DNA of 64,000 nt from Octopus sinensis (taxonomy: Eukaryota). Position numbers and translations under genes: made by a program. Each line of letters starts with the position of its first letter. The stretch's first letter is position 1. The notes beneath the pieces are model-generated. The model made no database searches, was not told the origin of the DNA, and worked only from the letters and a program-made list of their open reading frames with translations. This document shows, piece by piece, positions 1 to 11,283 of this stretch. The DNA is taken from positions 12,028,001 through 12,092,000 of the forward strand of contig NC_043011.1 in assembly GCF_006345805.1 (NCBI RefSeq), read 5' to 3'.

Positions 1-1092
1 CCGAAATCAGGCTGTTCCCACCCGTAACACAATCTTGCGTTGGATGAATGCACTACGTACACGAGGTACACTAATGAATTGGGGATTGGTTGGGGTGCCA
101 CGAACAGTACGGAACCCAGAAAATGTGGAACGCGTCAGAAAGCTTCGATACGGAGTCCGAATCGCTCTGCTCGGAAGCATTCCACTAAACTGGGCATCGG
201 TAACCGATTGGTAAGGCGTATTTTGCATGGAAACTTGCATTTCTACCCGTACAAATTGGGCAACAGTTGAAACCATGGGACTATGCACAGCGGCTTAACT
301 TCGCACATCAGATGGAAGCAATTTTTGAGGCAAATAACAATCTCGTTTTGCTAATGAGTGATGAGGCTCATCTTCATCTCAATTGCATGGTGAATCAACA
401 GAACTGTTGTTATTGGGCTCTTGAAAATCCAAGAGAACTGCACGAATGGCCACTGCACAGCCCAAAAGTGACGGTCTGATGTGCTGTTGGAAAAGCTGCC
501 GTCATTGATCCTTACTTTTTTGAAGACAATAAAGAAAATGTTGTTACTGTGAACTCCGAGATTATACACAGCTTCTTTGTGTCTGAATTACGACGAAAAC
601 ATATGCCTATTCTACGTGTGTTGTTTCAGCAGGATGGGGCGACAACCCATACAGCCAGTGCATCAATAGACGTTCTTCGCTCTCTCTCTTTTCGGTGATC
701 ACCTCATTTGCTGACATTTCTTGCCCACCCCTCCATCCAACCCGCTAGTCTCCTGATTTGTCCATGTGTGATTATTTCCTGTGAGGAAACCTCAATGCAC
801 GTGTGTACGCGCATAAGCCCCGTACATTGGACGACATGAAAGAAACTATTCGTGTGGAAGTCGCCTAGATCGACAGAGCAATGCCGGAGAGAGCGGAGGC
901 CAACTTCGAAGAACGCTTTCAGAAATGCATCAATGAAAACGGACACTACATGATGGATGTTGTTTTCCCACACTTGATTCTGATAAATGCTAATTCAATA
1001 TGAACACATTGATGTCAATAAAATTTGTTTCCAGCAAAAATTAATGATTTTGTGAATTTTTCAAAAACGGCCATCCTCTCTGCCCCAACCTG
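1..1092 (+). mobile_element. Decayed Tc1/mariner transposon, rosa/DD41D-like, 5' truncated by window edge
   Basis: Broken frames encode MSDEAHLHLNCMVNQQNCCYWALENP..PLHSPKVTV, FQQDGATTHTA and RVYAHKPRTLDDMKE; right end ...CCCCAACCTG followed by TA at 1093-1094. Confidence 0.8.
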
Positions 1093-1175
1093 TATAACAT
1101 CGCTTCTATTGAAGTTGCATCCAACTTATTACGCTGAGCAATAATAATATGAGCTGGTATTCCCTTCAAATTCAG

Positions 1176-1540
1176 TTTACTCTTTTACTTGTTTCAGGCA
1201 TTTGACTGCGGCCATGCTGGAGCACCGCCTTTAATCGAGCAACTCGACCCCGGGACTTATTCTTTTGTAAGTCCAGAACTTATTCTATCGGTCTCTTTTG
1301 CCGAACCGCTAAGTAACGGGGACATAAACACACCAGCATCGGTTGTCAAGCAATGCTAGGGGGACAAACACAGACACACAAACACATACACGCATATATA
1401 TACATATATACGACGGGCTTCTTTCAGTTTCCGTCTACCAAATCCACTCACAAGGCTTTGGTCGGCCCGAGGCTATAGTAGAAGACACTTGCCCAAGGTG
1501 CCACGCAGTGGGACTGAACCCAGAACCATGTGGGTTGGTA
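1176..1540 (-). mobile_element. tRNA-type SINE family A (abundant octopus-type SINE), copy
   Basis: Reverse complement of the SINE at 27818-28230, including the tail GGCGGTGCTCCAGCATGGCCGCAGTCAAATG; head truncated. Confidence 0.85.
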
Positions 1541-1999
1541 GAACAGAAAGCCATTTTTCATGCCATAGATGGCTTTTTTATCCTTCATTTTTTTCATTAC
1601 ATTCCTTCATTTTAAATACTGACCACTGACGAAAAATATTGTTGTCAATTTGTATCCAGTGTTCATTTATCACTACACATAATGAGTCTACTTATTCCCA
1701 TGCTGGAAGACTATTTAGTAACATCCATGTAAAACTATCAAATTCTTCGAGATGAAATTTCTTCCACAAGATAGTCATCACGATTTTACTCATAATCTCA
1801 CGTTTTCACTAGTAATTTCTCACTGTTGATTGGGGGTTTTTTATATCTGATAGTATATTTTTATTTTAAACCAATTGATCACATTTTAAATTATAACATT
1901 TAAATAAAAAAAAAAACTGAAAAAGAAAAAGGAAAAAAAGAGGCAGTTAAGCAGCAGAAGATGGAGGAGGAGGGGAGCAATGGATCCCCCATCCTAGAA

Positions 2000-3140
2000 C
2001 AAATGGTGTGCTCAGCTGCGCCCAGCAGTATCTCATTGCAACAGTATCATTTCTCAGGGGGCCGCTGTTATCCCGATTTTGCGGAGGAAATCAGCAGTGC
2101 GGGGTCTGAGAATACCTGATGTCAAGAGGCTGACCAGCACAAACTTATAGCGACTGGTCAGGCTCCTGTATTTGTTTATTTTGCGTTACGGGTGGCAATA
2201 CTCGGGTTTGCAGCCGATGAAGCGAGGATGGAACCTGATAACGTGCTTCCCTCGAATGGGAAGGTTATTCTGTCGGGGCACTTACCGTCTCCGCAGTCAA
2301 GACTTACTGGCTCCAGTTAAGACAGGAAATCAGCCACCTCTAGGCCCCTTCTAATTATGTCCTTCAGAGCGGCGTGTTGGGAGAATCGGTCCGCGTTAAG
2401 ACTGCAGGATGATGCATGCTGACCGAATTCATTGACTACAGCTCCACAACAGTATTTGTGAAGCTCAAACACGCGGAGACCGAGACGTTGGGCCACTCCA
2501 ACACGAGTGCACTTATCATCCTGAAAGGTACCGATAGATGAGGAAGGCACCGAATTGAGCCATGCACCGATGTTTGGCTGTGATGCGGTACTGGTCTAGT
2601 GATGTCTCAATCCACTTGAAAATAGACTTACATCTGATGTCATCCAAGTTACGTTGGACATCCGTGTCCTGGGGGATGGCAAGGCCTCTCGCCGATGAGA
2701 ATGCGGCTGGAGGAGACCGAGAAAAGATAAGTCTAATGCGGAAGGGAGACCAAGACCACCGGATCTAACAGGCAGTTTACCCTGTTGCCAGCCGGCACTG
2801 TCAAAACTGATATTGCAGATCAGTTCAACACAGTGCCGGATGGTGTCATTGATATTACTGACGCGGTTTGTGAGAGAGTGACATGGTACACTGCATAGCG
2901 AGAAAAAAAGCTTAGGCAGAGCAAAACATTTCCTCAAGAGGAAGATGCCGGGTGCGCGTTAATGGGGTGCAGTCTCTCAGTCATCCAGGATAAGGAGGCA
3001 AGCTTGGTCTCCAGGCAGTCCGTTATGGCTATCGGGAGGATTGGGAAGCCAAGAATGCAGACAACGTTCCTTGGTGTCAGCCAAGTTGGTCCGGATGCTG
3101 AGTACAGCGTCCTGAAATTCAGCTTCACCATAGCTCATAT
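2000..3140 (-). mobile_element. CRE-like (restriction-like endonuclease) non-LTR retrotransposon remnant
   Basis: Minus frames give LSWMTERLHPINAH, RKCFALPKL, WQQGKLPVRSGGLGLPSA, GQHASSC..RFSQHAALKDIIRRGL, LEPVSLDCGDGKCPD and KYRSLTSRYKFV, the RT thumb/CCHC/RLE motif order of CRE-clade elements. Confidence 0.7.
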
Positions 3141-3219
3141 TTATCACCTCCGACTTGAACAGGTTGATCCCCAAAGACAAATTAAAAAAATTGTTTAGAA
3201 TTTCAACAGATTTATCACA

Positions 3220-3700
3220 GTCCCGGCGCGCATGTTTAGCCTACTCGTAGACAACTCTGCATGCAGCCGTGGAATCTACGATTGTGGCGGACGGCAATTA
3301 TGCGCAGGCAAGGAATCTTAGGCCTCGAGTGTACTCCTTCGCGGTGCAGAGGCTACAATGTGTGAGCCTGATAACTGCGAAAATAAACAAACGATCTCGT
3401 TTCAATATGGCTGTGTGGCGTGCTGCTCGTGTCGTGAAGATTGTATCTTTCTTTACGGGAGTAAAGCTGCGTGTTCACTAACTAAAGTAAACTCATAAGC
3501 TCTCACTTTATTATTTATTGCTGGACATAATTTGCTATTGGCTATTTACAGTAACAAAATATTAATAATTACTGACTGGCAGGAGAGAAGAGCGCCGCGT
3601 CCATACTCACAGGACATTGCGTTACTGTTTAGAATTGGTCTGTCTGCACAAAAGTCTGAAGCTTTCTACTCGAGTGCCGGAGGTCATCAATAGGTGAGTC
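3220..3700. promoter_or_regulatory. CpG-rich promoter-like segment of unknown assignment
   Basis: GCGCGCATG and TGCGCAGGCA (NRF1-like), AATATGGCTG (YY1-like), and strong donor-like sites on both strands (3610 minus, 3694 plus); no downstream exon identified. Confidence 0.2.
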
Positions 3701-3843
3701 GTCTGAATTAGTCGGCCACTTTCAACATTCTGTCTGGTGAATTAGGTGCCAATCGGTTTATGTGGAGCAACTAGAAGACAAATTCTAGGGAACATCCGAG
3801 CAAGCCATATCATACCATAGCTTCACCCTAATAAGTCAGTTTA

Positions 3844-4176
3844 TAGAGTGTGGGACAGTTTTTGCAAAAAAAATGGCATGACCCTGTTTACTCACCCTCC
3901 CTATTCGTCCGATCTTTTTCCTTGCGACTTTCTTCTGTTCCCCCGGATGAGAAAAGTCTTTAAAGAAAAACGTTTTGCAGATGTGGAAGAGGTGAAGAAA
4001 AAAATCGACGGAGGCGTTAAAAGGCATCACTTCGCAAGAGTTCCCGGACTGCTTCTTTAAACAGTGGAAAACGCTTCAAATGGAGAATACTTTGAAGGCG
4101 ATAAAAGTGTAAACATGTAAAACTAAGTGAATAAAATAATATTGCAAAATTCCGGTTTCTTTTGGGTGTCCCCTCG
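3844..4176 (+). mobile_element. mariner (DD34D) 3' fragment
   Basis: HPPYSSDLFPCDFLLFPRMRK..KRFADVEEVK and GEYFEGD; ends TTTTGGGTGTCCCCTCG + TA. Confidence 0.85.
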
Positions 4177-4435
4177 TAAATGCTCGTGTCTTAGAAATTC
4201 TGGTCTTGCTAATAGCTACCATGTCCATATCTGGTAACCTAAAGACGTTGAGCTACTTCCAATGTGACCCCAAGCCACATACTACCTATTCTGAGTATGG
4301 CCATGTTCGCAAGATGGAGGGAATCAAGAAAAAAACACTTTATTTTTGTGGAGGGACTTGTGTTTCGTTCATCTGACTATTTGTGAGTGTTTTCAAAACC
4401 GAAGAAAATACAAACATGAGCGAAGAAAGAAAAGG

Positions 4436-4872
4436 AAAGCGGACCCTAGTTCCGGTTAATATCTCCTCATTTCTGGAGTCAGCGGGATTATCCAAAAGCG
4501 ATGGAAGAAACTTCGTCCCTGGGTAAGAGGTAGGTGCCGCATCTGAGACGTCATAGTCTGCGACTCCTTTGCTTCCTCACACATTATGGATGCTACGCAA
4601 AATGGGAGAGTCACTGTTTCCATAGCCGAACGGAACGAAATTCTTAAGTACCGGGACTTGTCAGTGAACCATTTCTTCCAGCCTGTGACGTTTTAGACGT
4701 TAGAGGAGCTGGGCCGCTAATAACGAAATTCTTGTCATCGTTTACAGCTCGCCTTACCAAGGTATCAAGTGGTACCCGCGAGTGTGCTTGGCTGTTCAAC
4801 CGCCTTAGCATCGTCATCGCCCATGGTAATGCCACGAGCGTGTTGGCTTGCTTCAGTAGGTCCCGTTGAACC
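4436..4872 (+). mobile_element. Second CRE-like remnant (RLE domain and C-terminus)
   Basis: RTLVPVNISSFLESAGLSKSDG / VPWVRGRCRI*DV / KYRDLSVNHFFQPV / ARLTKVSSGTRECAWLFNRLSIVIAHGNATSVL, matching the CRE RLE C-terminal pattern. Confidence 0.7.
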
Positions 4873-4943
4873 TTGTGGTGAGCGACCAATTGAAGCACTT
4901 GGTGTTGCATTGATGTTTTTTCTTTTTCTTTCATCCATTTTTT

Positions 4944-5370
4944 GGATCTTTTCGGTTTGAACGGCAGTTTTTTCTAGCGGTGTCATTATGAAATTGTCAC
5001 CCATAATTATGACCCTAGAATCGATCTATTGCATTTCAATCTCTTTTAGGATTAGGATTAGTTAGGGTTAGAGGTGGGGGAAGGGCATCTTTTTTTCTTC
5101 CCAAATGTAAATAAACCCAATCTGTTTCTTAAACGAGGGACATATTCATACGGCACAGAATGCTTTTTAACTCAATAGACGTCACTGATTGGTTGAAATT
5201 GCAGAAATTGAAGAAAAAGTACAACAAATATCTTACAAACTATAGAATTTTCTCAATAAAGCCAAGAGAAAAAGATGTTTTATCAATACATTCTACCAGT
5301 ATATGAAGTTTAAAATTTTTTAGTTACCGAGAAATTATGTTAAAAACTGCCGTTGAAACCGAAAAGATCC
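4944..5370 (+). mobile_element. Merlin-like MITE copy 1
   Basis: About 28-bp TIRs GGATCTTTTCGGTTTGAACGGCAG; 8-bp TSD CATTTTTT (4936-4943 and 5371-5378). Confidence 0.9.
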
Positions 5371-5639
5371 CATTTTTTCTTATTTTTTCCCCCATTCTTC
5401 ACCCATGTTAGGTTTTCTTTGGTTTTGTAGTTGTATTTTAATGTATAGATGATACAGTATATATGTATCATATACATACGTATTGTATTCCAAAAAGTAA
5501 AAGGCTAAAAAACTACATTCATAAGAATGAAAAAAACTCTTCACTAGAAACAGCATAACACTGAACCTAAACTTGAAGCTTGTAGATTGCCATGTTATGC
5601 CAATCGTCCTCCACAGGGCAAAACTTGCACAATGTACAG

Positions 5640-5910
5640 AGCAGTGGAGAAAGATGTTGATCTTTCGTAGATTGGAAGAATACGCTGGAAAGACAGCGTA
5701 ACAAACGCTGCAGTTGTAGAAAAGCCCGACAGGTCAAAAGACACATATTGACAAGACTCAAGCTCACAAAGCTATTATATTTTGGACATACGTCACGGAT
5801 CATAGTCTAAAATCTCTTTGAAAAGAAGTGTGGTGGGGAAGAGAGCAAGAGGCTGTCAAAAGCATTTATAGACTGACGATGTCAAAAAATGGACTGGAGA
5901 CAAGAGAAGG
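5640..5910 (+). mobile_element. RTE-clade LINE 3' remnant
   Basis: RIRWKDSVTNAAV, YFGH and GKRARG..TDDVKKWTG motifs in broken frames. Confidence 0.55.
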
Positions 5911-6099
5911 AACCGGAGAATTTTGGTAAGCCGACTGTAGCAGAAGTGATTTACACTGTCATTATGTGTGAGATGTTTTCGTTACGGTTGCTTAGACTTA
6001 AATTCCTGGATATCGGCTCCACAGACCTTTCCGTTCCAGCAGGTCGCATGAGCTTGTGATTAGCCGAACTTGTTTATATTGATCGGTTTTTTCCAGTTG

Positions 6100-6453
6100 T
6101 GTTGGCGCATGTTAAAAACCCAAACTCGAATATCAAAGTTTAAAACGTTTTAATCGACTAAAAAATACAGCAATACACCATACAAACAAATATTGCTAAA
6201 TTATAAGCAAAACCAAACTTCAACGCAATAACATTTTTATGCAGCGAGTTGCTACATTCTCGACTAAAATCAACGCTGAACATGTCGTCTGCAAACAGAA
6301 CAGAACTCCGCGCAGTCGCACTGCAGGCATATAACAGCAATCGAGACAATCAAAATCACGTGATCAAAACTAAAATCACAACATCCAATTACAAAAATAA
6401 CCATGAGCCAATCACAACAACGTAATAATGAGGCTTTTCATAAGCGTACCACA
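6100..6453 (-). mobile_element. Putative 3' LTR of a Gypsy element
   Basis: Begins TGTGG about 8 nt after the pol stop, ends ...CCAACA, contains ATTAAA near its 3' end. Confidence 0.6.
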
Positions 6454-6460
6454 TCATCAA

Positions 6461-7022
6461 TCATAAATTTAACCTGTCAGGAACTTTTTTTGTTCTGGAT
6501 GAACGCCAGTGCAAAGTAGTTTGAGGTTCTAGTTCTTGAGCTGATGTAGGTGGGACAGAACCGATCATGGTATCTGAGTAGGACCATTGTCCGCAACATC
6601 AGTTTGATCCTTACTTAACTGATACCCCTCAGTCGTTTTGCCAGTAGGGGCTAAATCTCTAATGTACACAGTACTTTCACGTCCATCTGGGTACTGTACC
6701 CTCCCGTGGTTAGGGTTAATTTATACCAATCGGGCTTCATCTACTAACGGATCATACTTATTGCGTACATGTCGTTTAACAAACACTTTGACAGGTTCTT
6801 CCATTAACCAAGTAGGAACGGAAACACCACACACAGAACGTTTAGAATCTCTCATGCGGGGTCTCATTAGTTGCCGTGCATAATAATAATGAACATTGCG
6901 AATGTAAAACTTCTGGAAGCACGACTTCCCATTGAGAAACTGGTAAATTTCTGCTACGCAAGGCCAATTTAATGGAATTCCATATTACTCCATTATACCT
7001 TTCACATTGAGATTTCCTGGCC
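6461..7022 (-). mobile_element. Gypsy-type LTR retrotransposon integrase 3' fragment
   Basis: QCERYNGVIWNSIKLAL..WEVVLPEVLHS..CTATNETPHERF; terminal RSSRTKKVPDRLNL* (stop 6461-6463). Confidence 0.8.
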
Positions 7023-9365
7023 AGCGGCCTGCGTATCTCGGTACGTGAGGCTGGGCGCTGTGAAAGGCCGATCACAGCTGCGGAGGTTATAAAGGTGCTT
7101 TCAGAGTGCCCCGGGGACAAGTCGCCGAGACTGGATGGTCTACTGTACGAATTTTATAAAAATATGCCAGACTTGTTCGGGAATATATTGGCCGGTGTAT
7201 TCGCAAACTCGCAGCAGAATGGGAGAATTCTTAAGTCTGTGAGCCGGAGAGTAGTAACACTGATCAGGAAGGACCCGAACAAGGGGGATATCATTAATAA
7301 TTTCAGGCCCATAGCTCTGCTAAACACTGAGTTAAAGATTTTGGCCAAGGTGTTAGCCAATAGAGTGAGGCTTGTCGTAGGCGACTGGTAGGAGAGGCGC
7401 AGACATGCACCATCCCAGGAAGGACGGCACATGACAACCTTCACCTCATTCGCTACACCATAGAGAGGGTTAGTAAAGTTCCTGGCAAGGGAGGAGCACT
7501 GGTAAATTTAGACCTCTTATTTAGACTGGTGAATTTAGAATGCTTTAGACCAGTCTAAAGCATTCGATAGGGTTGACCATCGGTATCTGGCGGCGATCCT
7601 CCGGGTGGTCGGACTGGGTCCGACTTTCTGTGACTGGATCAATGCTATGCATAGCGACATCGATTCAGTCGTCCGGGTGAACGGCTTCTTCTCGAAGCCG
7701 TTCGCAATCGAAAGTTCAGTTCGCCAGGACTGCCCCCTGTCTCTGCTTCTATATGCATTGGCTCTTGATCCACTGCTGCGGAGGCTGGAGACTGCGGGGA
7801 GAGACCCGCGTGTTACGGTAAGGTAGCAACAGCGTATACGGATGATATCACCATCATCGTGTCTGATGAAGGGCAGCCACCTCGTGTAGAAGACGCCATC
7901 AAAAGATACGAAGCGGTGGCAGGGGCAAAAGTTAACCAGGATAAATCAATCGACTTGCAACTCGGCACCTGGAGGGGCAAGTCGATGCCTCCCAACAGCG
8001 TCGTTGGACGGAGGGCCCGGTTAAACTGCTCGGGATTTGGTTTGGACCAGATCTCCAGATGGAGAAAAACTGGAGCGAGGTCACAGACAAGGTGACGGCC
8101 ATAACCTAGACCTGGTCTTGTAGGACGCTATCCTTGTTAGGGAGGGCGTGTGGCTGACCAAATTGGAACGGATCCTTTTCCGCTTTTTGTGGAAAAGGAA
8201 ACCACCACTAGTGAGGCACTCTATCTGCTGCCAGAAACTGTTAAAGGGTGGGTTAGGGATGTCTTGGCTGATGATGCGCAAGTTTGCGCTGAGGCTGAGA
8301 CATCTCTGGCTCTATCTGGATGGTGAACAGGTGCGGTCACCGCACGTCAAGTTCTTTTTTCCGCAATTAACGTCCCTACGTAGGCAAATGGATCAAGTGA
8401 AAAACCTAGAATGGGTGAATGGCAGGAGTGCAGACAAGCACCCACTCTATTCTCCCGGGTGAGTAGTACCGGCAGCGGGGCTACCACTGCAGATTTTTAT
8501 AGCGGGTTGGTAGAGCACAAGTTCGACGACGTCCTGGGGAGGCTCTGGGCTTCGATGTGAACCAGCTAGTCAACCCGTTCGAAGGGACATTCGGGCTGAG
8601 GTTTCTGGATAATTTCCAGAAATCCTTGGCTTGGCTGTGCTACCGATCGGCCTTACCAGTTCGAGAGAGGTTGTCAAGGCACGGTTTTGACACCCCCTCC
8701 ATGCCCGAGGTGTGGGCGCATCAGTGAAACTGTCGCGCACGCCTTCGTACATTGTGGGGAATTGAGGGGAGAGATAACCTATGTCGAACAACTGATGTCA
8801 GAAACGGAAAGAATACGGCTATCGACTGAGTCCATCATTAAGATTGTACCGCTTTCTTCCTTTAATAAGGAAAAAGAGGCGTCCTTTTTCTGTTTAGTAG
8901 CCATACTGAAAGACAGGGTACGGATGACGCGTGGAAGGGGAATTGAGACAGACAACTTTGTCTCCGGACACGGATTGGTCAGTCATTTTAACCACCACTT
9001 GATAAGAAAGATCCGTCCGGAGAAAAAGTACCTGCCTCAAAGAATGTTCGAGAAAAGATGGATAACTGTTGTAAAGAAGCTGAGATTGAATGGGGCCGTG
9101 CTAGTGTAGCCGGTCAAGGCGAAAAAGAAGGAAAAAAAAAAGGAACGGAAAACAAAGGGCATAAAAAAAGCCGGCGGGTTAAGTAAAAACTCAAGAAGTG
9201 TGTTTATTATAATGATTTAAATTTTTTTATTCTCATTCATCTTTTCGATTTAACATACCGATTTAATCCATTTTTTATCATTATGATTGTAACCCCATCC
9301 CTGTGTAAAGACCGTCCTTGTTCTGTCCCCTCTATGTGTGCCCCTATTGGCAAATAAAGAAATTC
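7023..9365 (+). mobile_element. Tx1/L1-clade LINE, 5' truncated, ORF2 disrupted
   Basis: KSPRLDGL, FRPIALLNTELKILAKVLANR, DQSKAFDRVDH, RQDCPLS, YTDD, KGGLG and CPRC..ETVAHAFVHC knuckle; ORF stop at 9109 followed by a 3' UTR. Confidence 0.9.
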
Positions 9366-9627
9366 TTTGGCACACGTCACTGACCACACGCAACTCGTCT
9401 TTGACAATGAGGTATCTGACACCAGCCACTCTCTGCTTTCATCTCTACCAGACACCTGCTTATATCGTTGTTGTATGAACAACCACACAACCAACAGACC
9501 AACGGCTGCCTTTACACACCACTAAACAGTATGGTCAACCTTGTCTACAAGATCAACAGTCCAGCTTGACCACAAAGTCTCTCACAGATCTTTGTTGTAA
9601 CCTGTTATATTTATTTTATTTCATATA

Positions 9628-9856
9628 TATTTCTTAACTACCCACAAGGGGCTAAACACAGAAGGGACAAACAAGGACAGACAAACGGATTAAGTAGATT
9701 ACATCGACCCCAGTGAACTGGTACTTACTTTATCGACCCCGAAAGGATGAAAGGCAAAGTCGACCTCGGCGGAATTTGAACTCAGAACGTAACGGCAGAC
9801 AAAATACGGCGACGCATTTCGCCCGGCGTGCTAACGTTTCTGCCAGCTCGCGGCCT
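9628..9856 (-). mobile_element. tRNA-type SINE family B copy
   Basis: Reverse complement of 34937-35167; A/B-box-like head (TGGCAGAAACG, GAGTTCAAATTCC). Confidence 0.85.
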
Positions 9857-10061
9857 TTATTTCATGTATGGCAATCATTGTATTTTATAACGGAGAATAA
9901 ATCATCGCTTACCAGTTCATTTTCATCTCACGTCGTAAAACATTTTTATATTTCCTTTATTTATCCATCTTCGTTATACGACTATTGGACACAGGAAGTG
10001 CACCTGACTGATGTTAAAGAAATAACATTCTTGATTAGTAACTTAATTTAGCATAACATAA

Positions 10062-10646
10062 GGATATTTTCGGTTTGAACAGCAGTTTTTTCTAGCGGTG
10101 TCACCCATAATTATGACACTAGTATCGATCTATTGCATTTCAATCTGTTTTAGGGTTAGGGTTAGGGGTGGGGGGAAGGGTATCTTTTTTTCTTCACAAA
10201 TGTAAATAAACCCAATCTGTTTCTTAAACGAGGGACATATTCATACGGCACAGAATGCTTTTTTTACCTCAATGGACGTCAGTGATTGGTTGAAATTACA
10301 GAAATTGAAGAAAAAGCAACAACAAATATCTTACAAACTATAGAATTTTCTCAATAAAGCCAAGAGAAAAAGATGTTTTATAAACACATTCTACCAGTAT
10401 ATGAAGTTTAAATTTTTTTAGTTACCTAGAAATTATGTTACAAACTGCCGTTCAAACCGAAAAGATCCAAGAAACAGATTGGGTTTATTTACATTTGTGA
10501 AGAAAAAAAGATACCCTTCCCCCCACCCCTAACCCTAACCCTAAAACAGATTGAAATGCAATAGATCGATACTAGGGTCATAATTATGGGTGACAATTTC
10601 ATATGACACCGCTAGAAAAAAACTGCCGTTCAAACCGAAAAGATCC
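10062..10646 (+). mobile_element. Composite Merlin-like MITE (full copy 10062-10468 plus inverted left-end fragment 10469-10646)
   Basis: One TSD, TAACATAA (10054-10061 and 10647-10654), flanks the whole composite. Confidence 0.85.
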
Positions 10647-10789
10647 TAACATAAAATTAGATTAATAATCGGAACAAGAAGCTGAATCCGGTATTATAAA
10701 CCGTTTCCAACTGGAGAAAGAAAGTATTTGAAGAATCTCAATAGGAGCCACGGCACGAATCGAAGGGGGATAATTCAATAATACTCGAG

Positions 10790-10926
10790 TTGTGCTTGAT
10801 CACGTGATATATTCACATGCTTTGGTGAATATGGCGGTTGCTGCTTGTGTTGGTGCGAGGTGACACTTGGATGTTTACGGTGCAAATGAAGGAAAGGAAC
10901 TTCGACTCTATTATGTTTTGTTCTAA
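10790..10926 (+). promoter_or_regulatory. Putative promoter/5' UTR of the TTC31-like gene
   Basis: TCACGTGA E-box (10800-10807), YY1-like AATATGGCGG (10828-10837), CpG-containing, immediately upstream of an ATG exon with a GTAAGT donor. Confidence 0.55.
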
Positions 10927-10975
10927 ATGGCTTTGACAAGGAAGGAAGCTTACAATACACTTGAGTTGCCCATTG
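10927..10975 (+). CDS. TTC31: Putative exon 1: MALTRKEAYNTLELPI(G), J-domain helix-I-like
   Basis: ATG, open frame, G|GTAAGT donor; phase 1 matches exon 22569; linkage to the downstream exons is inferred. Confidence 0.6.
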
Positions 10976-10996
10976 GTAAGTCACAACAAACGTGTG

Positions 10997-11283
10997 TCGT
11001 ATATATATATGTATGCATGCATGTATGTATGGATGGATGTATGTAGGTATGTATGTATGTACATATGTATATATGTAAGTATGTAGGTATGTATGATTGT
11101 ATGTAGGTATGTATGTATATATGTATGTATGAATGTATGTATGTATGTATATATGTATGTATGTATGTATGAATGTATGTACATATGTATATATGTAAGT
11201 ATGTAGGTATGTATATATGTATGTACGTATATATGTACGTATGCATGTATATATGTAGGTATGTATGTATGTATGTACATGCT
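10997..11283. repeat. (ATGT)n/(AT)n microsatellite
   Basis: Direct inspection. Confidence 0.95.

Noticed and set aside
3269-3481. 70-aa ORF ending MAVWRAARVVKIVSFFTGVKLRVH
   Set aside because: No recognisable homology or supported downstream exon
4416-4522. Attractive ATG exon MSEERKGKRTLVPVNISSFLESAGLSKSDGRNFVP with GTAAGA donor
   Set aside because: The sequence continues as CRE-like RLE domain motifs, so it is a retroelement remnant; its phase 2 also does not fit exon 2
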